Below, one piece after another: positions 1 through 9,855 of a stretch of 64,000 bases of DNA. The first letter of the stretch is position 1. Every line of letters starts with the position of its first letter. The notes under the pieces were generated by a model. The model was given only the letters and a program-made list of their open reading frames with translations. It had not been told where the DNA came from and made no database searches. The DNA is from Bacteroidales bacterium (GTDB lineage Bacteria > Bacteroidota > Bacteroidia > Bacteroidales > GCA-2748055), in assembly GCA_038316435.1 (NCBI GenBank), contig JBBQAQ010000002.1, positions 22,808 through 86,807 of the forward strand. Direction: 5' to 3'. Position numbers and translations under genes: made by a program.

Positions 1-1865
1 ACCTTTTTGGTTTTTTCTCAGTGTTTAACGTGGATGCCATTAATAATATCGAGTTAATCAAGGGTGGATTTCCTGCACGTTACGGTGGACGATTATCTTC
101 TGTTCTGGATATAAGTCTGAAAGAAGGAAATATGAAAGAGTTTAAAGGGAGTGGTTCCTTGGGACTAATATCTTCCAAACTTACTCTGGAAGGACCGATT
201 ATTAAGGACAAGACCTCATTTATTGTTTCTGCAAGGAGGACTTATCTGGATTACCTGATACAACCATTTCTCAGATCTTTGGGAGGAATGGGACAGTCAT
301 CCTCACAGGGATATTTTTTCTATGACCTGAATGCAAAAATAAATCATAAAATTTCATACAAAGACCGTCTTTACCTGAGTGTTTACAGTGGCAGCGACAA
401 GTTCTACCAAAAGCAGAAACCCTATACATACCTGTATGATGGTAATATCTTCTCAGAGGAATCAAAATCGAGTCTGGGCTGGGGAAACGTTACCTCTGCA
501 CTTCGTTGGAATCATCAGTATAATAGTAAGTTATTCAGTAATTACACCCTTACTTACAGCAATTACAGATTTAGTGTAGAAAACTATATGAAAGAAATTG
601 CCGAAACAGATACGGGTACATTTAACCAGATCAATTCTCTCAAATTTTTATCCGGGATTGAGGATTTTACAGCTAAAGTAGATTTCGATTATATTCCGGA
701 TCCCAATCATTACTTTAGATTTGGAATCAGTAATACCTATCACACTTTTAAACCAGGGGCAACTGTTGTGAAGCTTAAGGATGTTGAACTTGATGATGTT
801 GATACGATAGTTGGAGAAAAAAATATTGCTGCAAATGAAATATCGGCTTATTTTGAAGATGACTATAAGATTTCACAAAATCTGAAAGCAAATCTAGGTC
901 TTCATTATTCGGGATTTCTTGTGAATTCAAAATTCTACAACTCACTTCAGCCGCGTCTGGCATTCAGGTATCTGCTTAGTGAATCACTTTCGCTGAAGAC
1001 ATCCTATTCATTCATGCAGCAATATATCCATCTCTTAACCAATAATAATATTGGTTTGCCCACCGATTTATGGGTTCCGGCAACAGACAGGATACGTCCG
1101 CAGAAATCGCACCAGGTAGCCTTTGGAATTTCAAAAGCTTTCAGCGATTCATATAAGCTCACCCTTGAGGGGTATTACAAATCTATGCTTAACCTTATTG
1201 AATATAAGGATGGATCGTCCTTTATGGAATCAAATGCAAAATGGGAAGATAAGGTTGAATCGGGCAGGGGCTGGTCATACGGTGGTGAGCTGCTGTTTGA
1301 GAAGAAACTTGGAAAGCTCACAGGATGGATTGGTTACACCTATTCGATAACCGAACGACAGTTCCCAACCATAAATGAAGGGGAGGTATTCCCTTATAAA
1401 TATGACAGGCGACACGATATTTCTGTTGTTACCTCATTTCCACTGAACGAAAAATGGGATTTCTCCGCCAGCTGGGTTTATGGAACTGGTACAGCTCATA
1501 CCCTTCCAACAGAAAGATATATGGGAAACTCCAGTTTAAGCAATTATTATGGGTATTTTGGTAGTATTGACGTTGGTTATAATCCGTACGATTTGCAGAT
1601 AGGCGAGTTTAATGGTGAACTTGAGCACATTGATTCCAGAAATTCCATCAGGGCTGCTGATTATCACAGACTCGATATCAGTTTTCAGAGGACAAGGGAA
1701 AGAAAATGGGGAGAGGCAAGCTGGACACTTGGTGTTTATAACACATACAACCGTAAAAACCCGTTTTACTATTATATTGGAAGAGATGAAAGGGGAAACA
1801 GGGCTCTGCGAAGAGTTAGTTTATTTCCTTTTATTCCTTCTGCAACCTATAGTTTTACATTTTAA
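1..1865 (+). CDS. TonB-dependent outer-membrane receptor, C-terminal ~620 aa (5' end lies upstream of the window)
   Basis: The frame is open from nt 3, so the GTG at 21 is not the true start. NNIELIKGGFPARYGGRLSSVLDI resembles the end of a TonB-receptor plug. The rest is beta-strand rich and ends ...PSATYSFTF, with the terminal aromatic typical of OM barrels. Confidence 0.85.
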   Translation, partial: LFGFFSVFNVDAINNIELIKGGFPARYGGRLSSVLDISLKEGNMKEFKGSGSLGLISSKLTLEGPIIKDKTSFIVSARRTYLDYLIQPFLRSLGGMGQSSSQGYFFYDLNAKINHKISYKDRLYLSVYSGSDKFYQKQKPYTYLYDGNIFSEESKSSLGWGNVTSALRWNHQYNSKLFSNYTLTYSNYRFSVENYMKEIAETDTGTFNQINSLKFLSGIEDFTAKVDFDYIPDPNHYFRFGISNTYHTFKPGATVVKLKDVELDDVDTIVGEKNIAANEISAYFEDDYKISQNLKANLGLHYSGFLVNSKFYNSLQPRLAFRYLLSESLSLKTSYSFMQQYIHLLTNNNIGLPTDLWVPATDRIRPQKSHQVAFGISKAFSDSYKLTLEGYYKSMLNLIEYKDGSSFMESNAKWEDKVESGRGWSYGGELLFEKKLGKLTGWIGYTYSITERQFPTINEGEVFPYKYDRRHDISVVTSFPLNEKWDFSASWVYGTGTAHTLPTERYMGNSSLSNYYGYFGSIDVGYNPYDLQIGEFNGELEHIDSRNSIRAADYHRLDISFQRTRERKWGEASWTLGVYNTYNRKNPFYYYIGRDERGNRALRRVSLFPFIPSATYSFTF

Positions 1866-1982
1866 TAAATATTGGACTATATGGAGATGCTGTTTACAAC
1901 CCCGGATACCATAACGGAATCATCCACACAGAGTTTTGCTGATTGCCGGTTGAGTAAATATCATCCCTCTAAAAAACTTTTT

Positions 1983-2912
1983 ATGAAAAATTCCATATTT
2001 AACTTGTTCATTTTGATTTCGTTGGTGCTTGTTGGATGCGAAACAACAGAAAAAATTGATGATTTCCCCCTTCGTCCATCCAAATTGGTGGTAAACTGCT
2101 ATTTTAATACCGACAGTACATGGAAATTCCAGGTGAGCAAGAGCTTATCGGTGCTTGATAATGCCGAAATCAAACTGATCAGGAACGCAAACATAAAGCT
2201 TTATAAGGAAGGGGAGTTACTTAACACGATATCATCAATTGGCGCGGATGGCTGGTACCGGAGCCCGGAAAATTTCCCGGAGGAAGGCAAGGAATATTCC
2301 ATTGAAGTGACATCGCCCGATTTTAAGGATGGAATCCAGGCAAAAGATGTTGTACCTGTAAAACCTTCAATTCTTAATGCCGGGATTATTGTCACAGATT
2401 CATCTTTCTATGATCACGGTTATTATTATTATTCCTACGGTTATGTGAAAGGCTCCTTCGAAATTACTCTTGCAGACCAGATGAATGTAAGTAATTATTA
2501 TCAGCTGAAAATTTATTATATGGATTCTGTTTTTAATAACTATACTGAAGAACGCGAATTCTCGCATTTACAAAAGAGTTTAATTTCGATAACCAGTGAG
2601 GATATGAATGTCGAGAATTCCAGAGAATATGGGACCTCCCTTCTAATAAATGACTACATGATTGACGGACAGAATTATACTCTTTCAGTAGATTTCAATG
2701 ATTGGAATGCCATGAGAAAAAAGGAGTACTTAATTGAGCTTACATCCATTACGCGTAGTGGGTATCTTTACCGAAAGACTATTGATGAATCCAATAATTC
2801 ACGAAACGATCCCTTTGCAGAGCCGGTCATGATTTATTCCAATGTTAGTAATGGATTTGGTATTTTCTCGGCCTATTCATCGGGAATTTATTCGTTGGTA
2901 GCACCATTCTGA
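1983..2912 (+). CDS. Lipoprotein partner of the upstream TonB receptor (DUF4249-like, assigned from memory)
   Basis: The listed start at 1872 gives no signal peptide. The in-frame ATG at 1983 gives MKNSIFNLFILISLVLVGC, a signal peptide with lipobox Cys. Size and position directly after a TonB receptor fit the DUF4249 family. Confidence 0.7.
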   Translation: MKNSIFNLFILISLVLVGCETTEKIDDFPLRPSKLVVNCYFNTDSTWKFQVSKSLSVLDNAEIKLIRNANIKLYKEGELLNTISSIGADGWYRSPENFPEEGKEYSIEVTSPDFKDGIQAKDVVPVKPSILNAGIIVTDSSFYDHGYYYYSYGYVKGSFEITLADQMNVSNYYQLKIYYMDSVFNNYTEEREFSHLQKSLISITSEDMNVENSREYGTSLLINDYMIDGQNYTLSVDFNDWNAMRKKEYLIELTSITRSGYLYRKTIDESNNSRNDPFAEPVMIYSNVSNGFGIFSAYSSGIYSLVAPF

Positions 2913-3026
2913 CCGAGTCAACATTAATAATTTTTCAGAAATACTTCATTTGTATTTGCAGTTTTTTAAATTCCCTCATTATAAATAACAGGAAAGCCAA
3001 TGCCTTTTGTCATAATTTCCATAAAG

Positions 3027-3034
3027 TATTTTTG
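3027..3034 (+). promoter_or_regulatory. Bacteroidota -7 promoter motif (TAnnTTTG) upstream of ychF
   Basis: TATTTTTG lies 56 nt before the ATG at 3090. This is a motif match only. Confidence 0.4.
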
Positions 3035-3089
3035 TAAAAATGATTCGCAAATAAAAATGTACTTTTACAGAAAATATAAATTCTGAATT

Positions 3090-4187
3090 ATGGGTCTTCA
3101 ATGCGGTATTATTGGCATAACAAACACAGGGAAAACAACTCTTTTTAATTGTCTTTCAAATACAAAAGCCGAATCGAGCAACTTTGCGTTTAGCTCCAAT
3201 AAATCCAATATTGGTATTGTTAATGTTCCTGACCAAAGGCTTAATGTGCTGAATGATATGGAAAAACCGGCAAAACTTATTCCGGCAACTGTTGAAATCC
3301 TCGACATACCAGGACTTACAAAGGGTTCAAGTACTGGAGAAGGGATTGGAAATAAATTCCTTTCGGATATCAGAAATACCGACGCATTGATTCATGTACT
3401 TAGATGTTTCGATGACGAAAACCTTGCACATATTGAAGGAAGCGTGAACCCGGTTAGAGACAAAGAAACCGTTGATCTTGAGCTACAGATAAAGGATCTG
3501 GAATCGGTGGAAAAGAAAATCCAGAAACTTGAAAGAGCCGCTAAAACTGGTGATAAGGATGCAAAAAGAGGAGTTGAGGTTTTAACAGTTTACAAAGATC
3601 ATTTCGAAAATTTCCAATCCGCCCGCACTGCTCCTGTTTCCGATGATGATAAAAAATATGTCGATGATCTTTTTCTCCTTACAGCCAAACCCGTTTTATA
3701 TGTTTGTAATGTGGATGAAAAATCTGCAATAAGCGGTAATAAGTATGTTGAAGCAGTTAAAGAGGCTGTGAAAAGTGAAAATACAGAAGTGCTTGTGATT
3801 GCTGCAGGACTTGAAGCGGAAATTTCTGAACTTGAAGAAGAAAATGACCGACTGGCATTCCTGCAGGATGTAGGACTTAAAGAACCCGGTGTAAATAAAC
3901 TGATACGCTCTGCATATTCACTGCTTAATCTGCAATCATTTTTTACTGTCGGCCCAAAGGAAGTGAGAGCATGGACAATTCGTAAAGGCATGACAGCCCC
4001 TCAGGCAGCCGGTGTTATTCACAGTGATCTAGAAAGAGGATTTATCAGAGCTGAGGTAATGAAATACGTTGATTATGTGAGATTAGGTTCCGAACACGCC
4101 TGCAAAGAAGCTGGAAAGCTTGGTGTAGAAGGAAAAAACTACATTATTGGAGATGCTGATATTCTGCATATTCGTTTTAATGTTTAG
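3090..4187 (+). CDS. ychF: Ribosome-binding ATPase YchF/Ola1
   Basis: P-loop GIIGITNTGKTTLFN, DIPGL G3 motif, coiled-coil insertion and a C-terminal TGS-like end (IHSDLERGFIRAEV). Full-length YchF architecture at 365 aa. Confidence 0.95.
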   Translation: MGLQCGIIGITNTGKTTLFNCLSNTKAESSNFAFSSNKSNIGIVNVPDQRLNVLNDMEKPAKLIPATVEILDIPGLTKGSSTGEGIGNKFLSDIRNTDALIHVLRCFDDENLAHIEGSVNPVRDKETVDLELQIKDLESVEKKIQKLERAAKTGDKDAKRGVEVLTVYKDHFENFQSARTAPVSDDDKKYVDDLFLLTAKPVLYVCNVDEKSAISGNKYVEAVKEAVKSENTEVLVIAAGLEAEISELEEENDRLAFLQDVGLKEPGVNKLIRSAYSLLNLQSFFTVGPKEVRAWTIRKGMTAPQAAGVIHSDLERGFIRAEVMKYVDYVRLGSEHACKEAGKLGVEGKNYIIGDADILHIRFNV

Positions 4188-4242
4188 GTAGAACAATTTC
4201 ACTTCTATCTCAAGTTAAATAATACTTGCCAAAGATTTGTAA

Positions 4243-5931
4243 ATGAGAAGATTTGCTGAAGTATTTTTTCTTTTTTTACTTTTTCTTTCATCAGTGGCAA
4301 ATTCCCAAAGCCTTCTGAAAGATAAGAAGAATGAATCTATTGATTCGATCCTTTCTACCCGGGGAGAAGCTTACATCGGCATTATCCCATCCGCCCGGAA
4401 ATCCTTTCAAATTCAATTACCAGAACTTGCACCTGCAAAAGTGACTGATTCACTGATCTATTTCTTCGTGAACAAGGATATGTTTAGTAAAATCCTTGAG
4501 ACAGGTCTTAATTATCAGGTTTATACCGCACCTTCAATGCTTGGATTCGTTAAAATGGCAACTTCCCTTGATGAAGTGCTGAATGGTCAGGCATATCCCA
4601 CTTATCAGCAGTATCTTGATCTGATGGAGCGATTCAGTAACAATTATCCTGAACTTTGTAAAATCGATACCATTGGATATTCAATTAATGGAAGGCTGAT
4701 TCTTGCTGCACGCCTCCATCGTGGTCAGTTTAAGGATGGTGAAAGGCCAGTAGTTTTTTATTCCTCTACCATGCATGGAAATGAAGTAATTGGATACTCA
4801 CTCATGCTAATGCTCATCAATGATTTTCTTGTTAATTCCGAAAATTCTCCACAGATTTCTTCAATACTCGATGATTTGGAGGTGATCATTAATCCTTTAT
4901 CAAATCCTGATGGCACTTACTTTCTAAGTGATACCAGTTTTTTTGGAAACAAAAGATCTAATTTAAATAATATTGATCTGAACCGTAATTTTCATGATGT
5001 CCGTTCATTGATAAAATACACTTATCAGGGTTTGCAGAAGGAAAACCTGGCAATGGTAAAGTATATGGAGAAAAACAGACCAAATATGTCTGCAAATTTT
5101 CATGCCGGTGCAGAAGTATTAAATTATCCATGGGATTCCTGGGATCCCAATGAAAAGGCACTTGCAGATGAAAATTGGTTTATCGAAATCTGCAAAGATT
5201 ATGTGCAAACTGCCAGATCAACTGACATGTCATATCTTCAACTTTATCCGGAGGGCTATGTTTTTGGCTCTATTTGGTATCGGATTGCAGGTGGAAGACA
5301 GGATTTTGTAACTTACAGTTTACATGGAAGAGAAATAACTATTGAGCTTTCTAATGATTTTATTCCTGCAGCATCACAGATACCCGATTTCTGGACAAAA
5401 AATCATTTAGCTCTCATAGATTTGATTGAAAAGGCAAGGTTTGGAGTTCATGGCACAATAATAAATAGCGTGTCGGCAAATCCCATGAAAGCTAAGATTG
5501 AAATCTCAGGATATGATAAAAACGAATCATATATTTTATCAAACCCAGTAACCGGGAAATTCTTCCGCTACCTGCCTGAAGGCGATTATTCTTTGACGAT
5601 TACAGCAAGTGGTTACAGGTCTGAAACAATTCGCGTTGAGGTAAATAAAAAAGAAACAACGAATCTGGAAGTCAGGCTTATTCCCATTCATAAGGAAATT
5701 CTGGTTAAAACTATCCCCGGGAAAAATGATCTCGAAATTACTTTAAAAGACGATGATTCAGAGGTGTTTACAGCAGATCTTTATGACCTTTCAGGTCGGA
5801 AAATTCAGGAAAACATTTTTATAGGAAGTTCAGGGACCGTTAAAGGGTTTAAAGCACATGGGATATATATTTTAAAAGTAAAATCAGAGTACCAACAGAT
5901 CAGCAGACTAGTATTCTTTCCTTTTCCATAG
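4243..5931 (+). CDS. Secreted M14 zinc carboxypeptidase with probable T9SS C-terminal sorting domain
   Basis: Signal peptide. M14 motifs STMHGNEVIG, NPDG, NRNF and HAG. Carboxypeptidase-regulatory-like beta sandwich. The last ~80 aa (...LYDLSGRKI...GIYILKVKSE...) look like a Por/T9SS CTD. Confidence 0.85.
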   Translation: MRRFAEVFFLFLLFLSSVANSQSLLKDKKNESIDSILSTRGEAYIGIIPSARKSFQIQLPELAPAKVTDSLIYFFVNKDMFSKILETGLNYQVYTAPSMLGFVKMATSLDEVLNGQAYPTYQQYLDLMERFSNNYPELCKIDTIGYSINGRLILAARLHRGQFKDGERPVVFYSSTMHGNEVIGYSLMLMLINDFLVNSENSPQISSILDDLEVIINPLSNPDGTYFLSDTSFFGNKRSNLNNIDLNRNFHDVRSLIKYTYQGLQKENLAMVKYMEKNRPNMSANFHAGAEVLNYPWDSWDPNEKALADENWFIEICKDYVQTARSTDMSYLQLYPEGYVFGSIWYRIAGGRQDFVTYSLHGREITIELSNDFIPAASQIPDFWTKNHLALIDLIEKARFGVHGTIINSVSANPMKAKIEISGYDKNESYILSNPVTGKFFRYLPEGDYSLTITASGYRSETIRVEVNKKETTNLEVRLIPIHKEILVKTIPGKNDLEITLKDDDSEVFTADLYDLSGRKIQENIFIGSSGTVKGFKAHGIYILKVKSEYQQISRLVFFPFP

Positions 5932-6015
5932 CGATCCTCAGAAGTCCAAATTGCAGATTTAGTAAGAAAAAAATACAATAATTCTCGCCAAAAAACGCTT
6001 TTAGGGTATAAAGAT

Positions 6016-6023
6016 TATATTTG
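6016..6023 (+). promoter_or_regulatory. TAnnTTTG -7 promoter motif upstream of the phosphatase-family gene
   Basis: TATATTTG lies 56 nt before the ATG at 6079. Confidence 0.45.
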
Positions 6024-6035
6024 CAGACAATTTCC

Positions 6036-6049
6036 CCGGAATATTCCGG
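6036..6049. promoter_or_regulatory. Perfect 14-bp palindrome CCGGAATATTCCGG between the promoter motif and the start codon
   Basis: Read directly from the sequence. It sits 13 nt downstream of the -7 motif, which is an operator-like or 5'-UTR hairpin position. Confidence 0.3.
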
Positions 6050-6078
6050 ATTGTTTAATCCTAAAGCACAAAACCCGA

Positions 6079-7713
6079 ATGAGATTTTTATTCAGTATCA
6101 CCTTTCTGTTGATTTCCATTACTAACATTTTTTCACAGAATCCTTCGGTAGCTTCCGAAAAACCTAAGCTTATCATAGGCATTGTAGTCTCTGAAATGCG
6201 CTACGATTATCTTAATCGATACTGGGATAAATTCAGTGCAGGTGGATTCAAAAGGCTTGTTGATGGTGGTACAATTTGTAAAAATGCTCATCACGATTAT
6301 CTGATTTCAGAGTCAGGAGAGGGATTTGCTACCATTGCAACCGGCGCTTATCCTGATGTTCATGGAATAGTTTCAGATTTCTGGTACGACAGATTACGTG
6401 ATAAAATAACGAATTGCGTTGCCGATGATAAAGTTTCAACAATTGGCGGAGCCTTTGAGCAAGGAAAGTACTCTCCAAAATCCTTACTGACATCGACTTT
6501 ATCTGATCAGGCCAGAATAGCAGGTCAGTTTAAACCGAAAGTTTTTTCGATTTCTATGGATCCGAAGGCCGCAGTGCTTTCAGGCGGATACTCTGCCAAT
6601 GCCGCATACTGGTTTGATACTGAAAAAGGAGGTTGGATAAGCAGTTCATATTATCTCGATAGTCTTCCATCCTGGGTAAGTGATTTTAATTCAAAGTCAT
6701 TTTCTGAACTTTATCTCCAAAGATTGTGGGAGCCGTTGTTGCCAATTATTTCATATACTGAGAGTCTGGCAGATGATAACAAATACGAAACAGGGTTCTC
6801 AGGGAATAAGATTTTTCCCTATGATCTTAACAAAATGAGCATGGTTAAGAAAAATCAGCGTAGCTTTGAGCTTCTGAAATCCACACCATTTGGCAATTCT
6901 CTGACAAAGGATTTTGCGATCGCTACAATAGTTAATGAGCAATTAGGAAAAGATAACTACACCGACTGGCTACAAATAGGCTTTCCGGTAACGGCCTACA
7001 TCGGAGATAGATTTTCATCCAATTCAATTGAAATTGAAGATACTTACCTAAGACTTGACAAAGACATCGAGCATTTTCTCAACTTTATTGATGAACAAGT
7101 GGGAATGAAAAATGTCCTGATTTATCTGACGGCTGATAATGCTATATCTGAAGACCCTGCTTTTCTAGCTGATCAGGGATTGCCTGTTGGTTATTTCAAC
7201 TACAACAGCGCAATGTCGCTTTTAGGTACTTACCTGAATTTAATTTATGGCAAAGGGGATTGGGTTAAGTTCTACTATGCACAACAAATTTATCTCAACC
7301 GCGACCTTATTGAGAATTCCAAGATTTCACTGGAGGATTTTCAAAATGTAGTTGCTTCTTTTATGATTCAATTCGAGGGAGTTGCTAATACTTTGACAGC
7401 AACTAACCTGATGACAAATAATTATACCCGTGGTTTTTTCGAGAAAATTCAAAATAGCTATAATCAAAAGCGTTCCGGAGATGTTTTAATTCATTTATCC
7501 CCAGGCTGGACAGAAAAAGGTACCGATAAACAATATGCATCTTCCTTTCGTTATGATTCACATGTTCCTTTGATTTGGTATGGATGGAAAATCGGAAGAT
7601 CCAGTATAATTCGACCGGTATCTGTAACGGATATAATGCCTACAATAGCCGTTTTTCTTGACATTCCAAGAAGCGGAAGCCTTGAGGGAAGCCTTATTGA
7701 GGAGATGTTTTAG
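6079..7713 (+). CDS. Alkaline-phosphatase superfamily protein (type I phosphodiesterase/nucleotide pyrophosphatase-like)
   Basis: Signal peptide. GIVVSEMRYDYL and ATGAYPDVHGIVSDFWYD motifs typical of the Phosphodiest/AP family. 544 aa. Confidence 0.8.
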   Translation: MRFLFSITFLLISITNIFSQNPSVASEKPKLIIGIVVSEMRYDYLNRYWDKFSAGGFKRLVDGGTICKNAHHDYLISESGEGFATIATGAYPDVHGIVSDFWYDRLRDKITNCVADDKVSTIGGAFEQGKYSPKSLLTSTLSDQARIAGQFKPKVFSISMDPKAAVLSGGYSANAAYWFDTEKGGWISSSYYLDSLPSWVSDFNSKSFSELYLQRLWEPLLPIISYTESLADDNKYETGFSGNKIFPYDLNKMSMVKKNQRSFELLKSTPFGNSLTKDFAIATIVNEQLGKDNYTDWLQIGFPVTAYIGDRFSSNSIEIEDTYLRLDKDIEHFLNFIDEQVGMKNVLIYLTADNAISEDPAFLADQGLPVGYFNYNSAMSLLGTYLNLIYGKGDWVKFYYAQQIYLNRDLIENSKISLEDFQNVVASFMIQFEGVANTLTATNLMTNNYTRGFFEKIQNSYNQKRSGDVLIHLSPGWTEKGTDKQYASSFRYDSHVPLIWYGWKIGRSSIIRPVSVTDIMPTIAVFLDIPRSGSLEGSLIEEMF

Positions 7714-7838
7714 TTTATTGTTCTGGGATCTTGATAAAATTAATATCTGGTTTTATGATAGTAAGCACCTAAATATATTAGAATTGAATTAACATTTTTG
7801 TATTTTAGATTGTTTTTTTAACCTGACATTGTAAAATT

Positions 7839-9794
7839 ATGATAAAAAGGTATTCTGGACTTCTCATCTTTACGATATTCTTATTTGCTTCTTCGAGCCT
7901 GTATTCTCAAAACAGGTATTGGGTTTTCTTATCGGATAAAACAGGAGTAAGCTTTGATCCATATTCCTATTTTGATCCTTCAGCAATTCAGAAAAGACTT
8001 GATAAGCACATTTCTTTGTCACAAACTACCGATTTACCTCTGCGTGCTGATTATCTGGAGGAAATTCAGAAAATAACCGGAAACCTTGGGACTTCAAGCC
8101 GTTGGTTTAATGCAGTTTCTGTTCGTGCCGGCAAAAACAACATTGATAAGATTTCAAAATTGCCTTTCGTAGTTGGCATTCAGGAAATTCAAATGGTCTC
8201 CTCCACGGCTGAAAAACCCTTTAATTCCGATGTTAGCTGGGAAGATGATCAGTTGAGGGAAGCTCAGATTAATGCTTTGGGAGTTAAGTATTTTGAAGAT
8301 ATGGGAATTGATGGCACGGGAGTGAGAATTGCCATTTTTGATGGTGGTTTTCCCGGAGTGGATACTTCACCGATGTTCCAGCATATTCGCGAATCGGGGA
8401 GAATAATTGCTACTTGGGACTTCGTTAAAAACACAGAGTTTGTCTATGATTATTCATCCCACGGAACAAGCGTTCTGACCTGTATTGCAGGAATAATTGA
8501 TGATAAGAAATTTGGCCTTGCTCCAGGGGCAGAGTTTCTTCTCGCAAGAACAGAAGTTACACGCGAAGTATTTTCTGAAGAAGAAAACTGGCTCGCCGCA
8601 GTAGAATGGGCAGATAAAAACGGTGCGGATATTATCAGCAGCTCCCTTGGATATACCTTTAAAAGATATTTTCCAAAACAAATGGATGGAAAATCGACCC
8701 TGGTTACCCGATCTGCAAATTTAGCGGCATCAAAAGGGATGCTTGTTATTAATGCTGCTGGAAATGATGGAGATAAGGACTGGGAAGTGATTGGTGCACC
8801 CGCAGATGCTGATAGCGTATTAAGTATCGGTGGAGTTTCTCCCGATAATGGATATCATATAAACTTTAGTTCTTATGGTCCGACATTCGATGGCCGGATG
8901 AAGCCAAATCTTGTTGCATTTGGAAAAGTTGCTACCTCAAACGATAAAAAAATCAAGCAATCCTTTGGCACTTCCTTCTCAACTCCTTTGGTATCAGGGT
9001 TTGCAGCTTGTGTGATGCAGATACATCCTGAATGGGACAATATGGAAACATTCAGACAACTTGAAATGTCGGGGCATCTTTATCCCTATTACGACTATGC
9101 CCATGGGTACGGAGTTCCACAAGCATCATATTTCACACTTGGCAAAACAGAAGCAATACCAACCTTTGCATTCGAAGTTTCTGAAGAGTTTCTAAAGATT
9201 ATAACTGTGGTGGATATAAAAGATGATTCAGATATATGGGAGGATGTAGATACTTCCGGATTTGCTGATCTTCAACCATATTACGATAGTATTTATGCTG
9301 ACTCTGACGCTGTTGACACTTCATTTTTTAGCGAGGAAGAACTCATTGAAATGCAGACGGCTGCTGAGGAAGCATATTTGCTGGCAGAGGAAGAAGCCGG
9401 GAATTTTGATATTCCAGATTCTGTACTTTTAAATATGACTGATGGTGTCGAGGATGTGTCAGAACAGACTGAATGGCAGGAGGATACTTCATGGGTAGAA
9501 AATCCGGAAGTTGTTGGCGATGAATCTTGGGTTTCAGATTCAACCTGGTATTCGGCTGATGAGTCTGATTACGATTCAGAACCTGATTGGATAGAACCAA
9601 GCACTACCGGGTATCAATTGGATTCAAATTTCTTATATTTCCATATTATCGGTGAGGAATCTCAAAAAATAAAGAGATATGCTCTGGTAAATATGCAGTT
9701 TGCTGATGAATACACCATCTCATGGGATGATCTCGAAAATGGAGATACTCTGGTGGTATATTACAAAGGCTACACAAATACCTATCATTACTAG
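7839..9794 (+). CDS. Secreted S8 (subtilisin-family) serine peptidase with acidic Trp-rich C-terminal extension
   Basis: Catalytic motifs in S8 order: GVRIAIFDGG (Asp), HGTSVLTC (His), GTSFSTPLVSG (Ser). Signal peptide MIKRYSGLLIFTIFLFASSSLYSQ. Confidence 0.9.
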   Translation: MIKRYSGLLIFTIFLFASSSLYSQNRYWVFLSDKTGVSFDPYSYFDPSAIQKRLDKHISLSQTTDLPLRADYLEEIQKITGNLGTSSRWFNAVSVRAGKNNIDKISKLPFVVGIQEIQMVSSTAEKPFNSDVSWEDDQLREAQINALGVKYFEDMGIDGTGVRIAIFDGGFPGVDTSPMFQHIRESGRIIATWDFVKNTEFVYDYSSHGTSVLTCIAGIIDDKKFGLAPGAEFLLARTEVTREVFSEEENWLAAVEWADKNGADIISSSLGYTFKRYFPKQMDGKSTLVTRSANLAASKGMLVINAAGNDGDKDWEVIGAPADADSVLSIGGVSPDNGYHINFSSYGPTFDGRMKPNLVAFGKVATSNDKKIKQSFGTSFSTPLVSGFAACVMQIHPEWDNMETFRQLEMSGHLYPYYDYAHGYGVPQASYFTLGKTEAIPTFAFEVSEEFLKIITVVDIKDDSDIWEDVDTSGFADLQPYYDSIYADSDAVDTSFFSEEELIEMQTAAEEAYLLAEEEAGNFDIPDSVLLNMTDGVEDVSEQTEWQEDTSWVENPEVVGDESWVSDSTWYSADESDYDSEPDWIEPSTTGYQLDSNFLYFHIIGEESQKIKRYALVNMQFADEYTISWDDLENGDTLVVYYKGYTNTYHY

Positions 9795-9855
9795 AAAACA
9801 CAAAAACTAAGAACGAATTGCTTTGTTAAAAGAACTAACTATTAATACAAAATAT

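Noticed and set aside
1872-1982. N-terminal extension of the DUF4249-like ORF (start at 1872).
   Set aside because: The extension has no signal-peptide character, and the internal ATG at 1983 yields a textbook lipoprotein signal.
3599-3991. 130-aa minus-strand ORF. Similar long antisense ORFs occur at 18389-18745, 18848-19261, 13087-13407, 16414-16755 and 54031-54423.
   Set aside because: All lie inside genes with clear family motifs on the other strand. Their Ser/Leu-rich translations are typical of antisense frames in AT-rich genomes.
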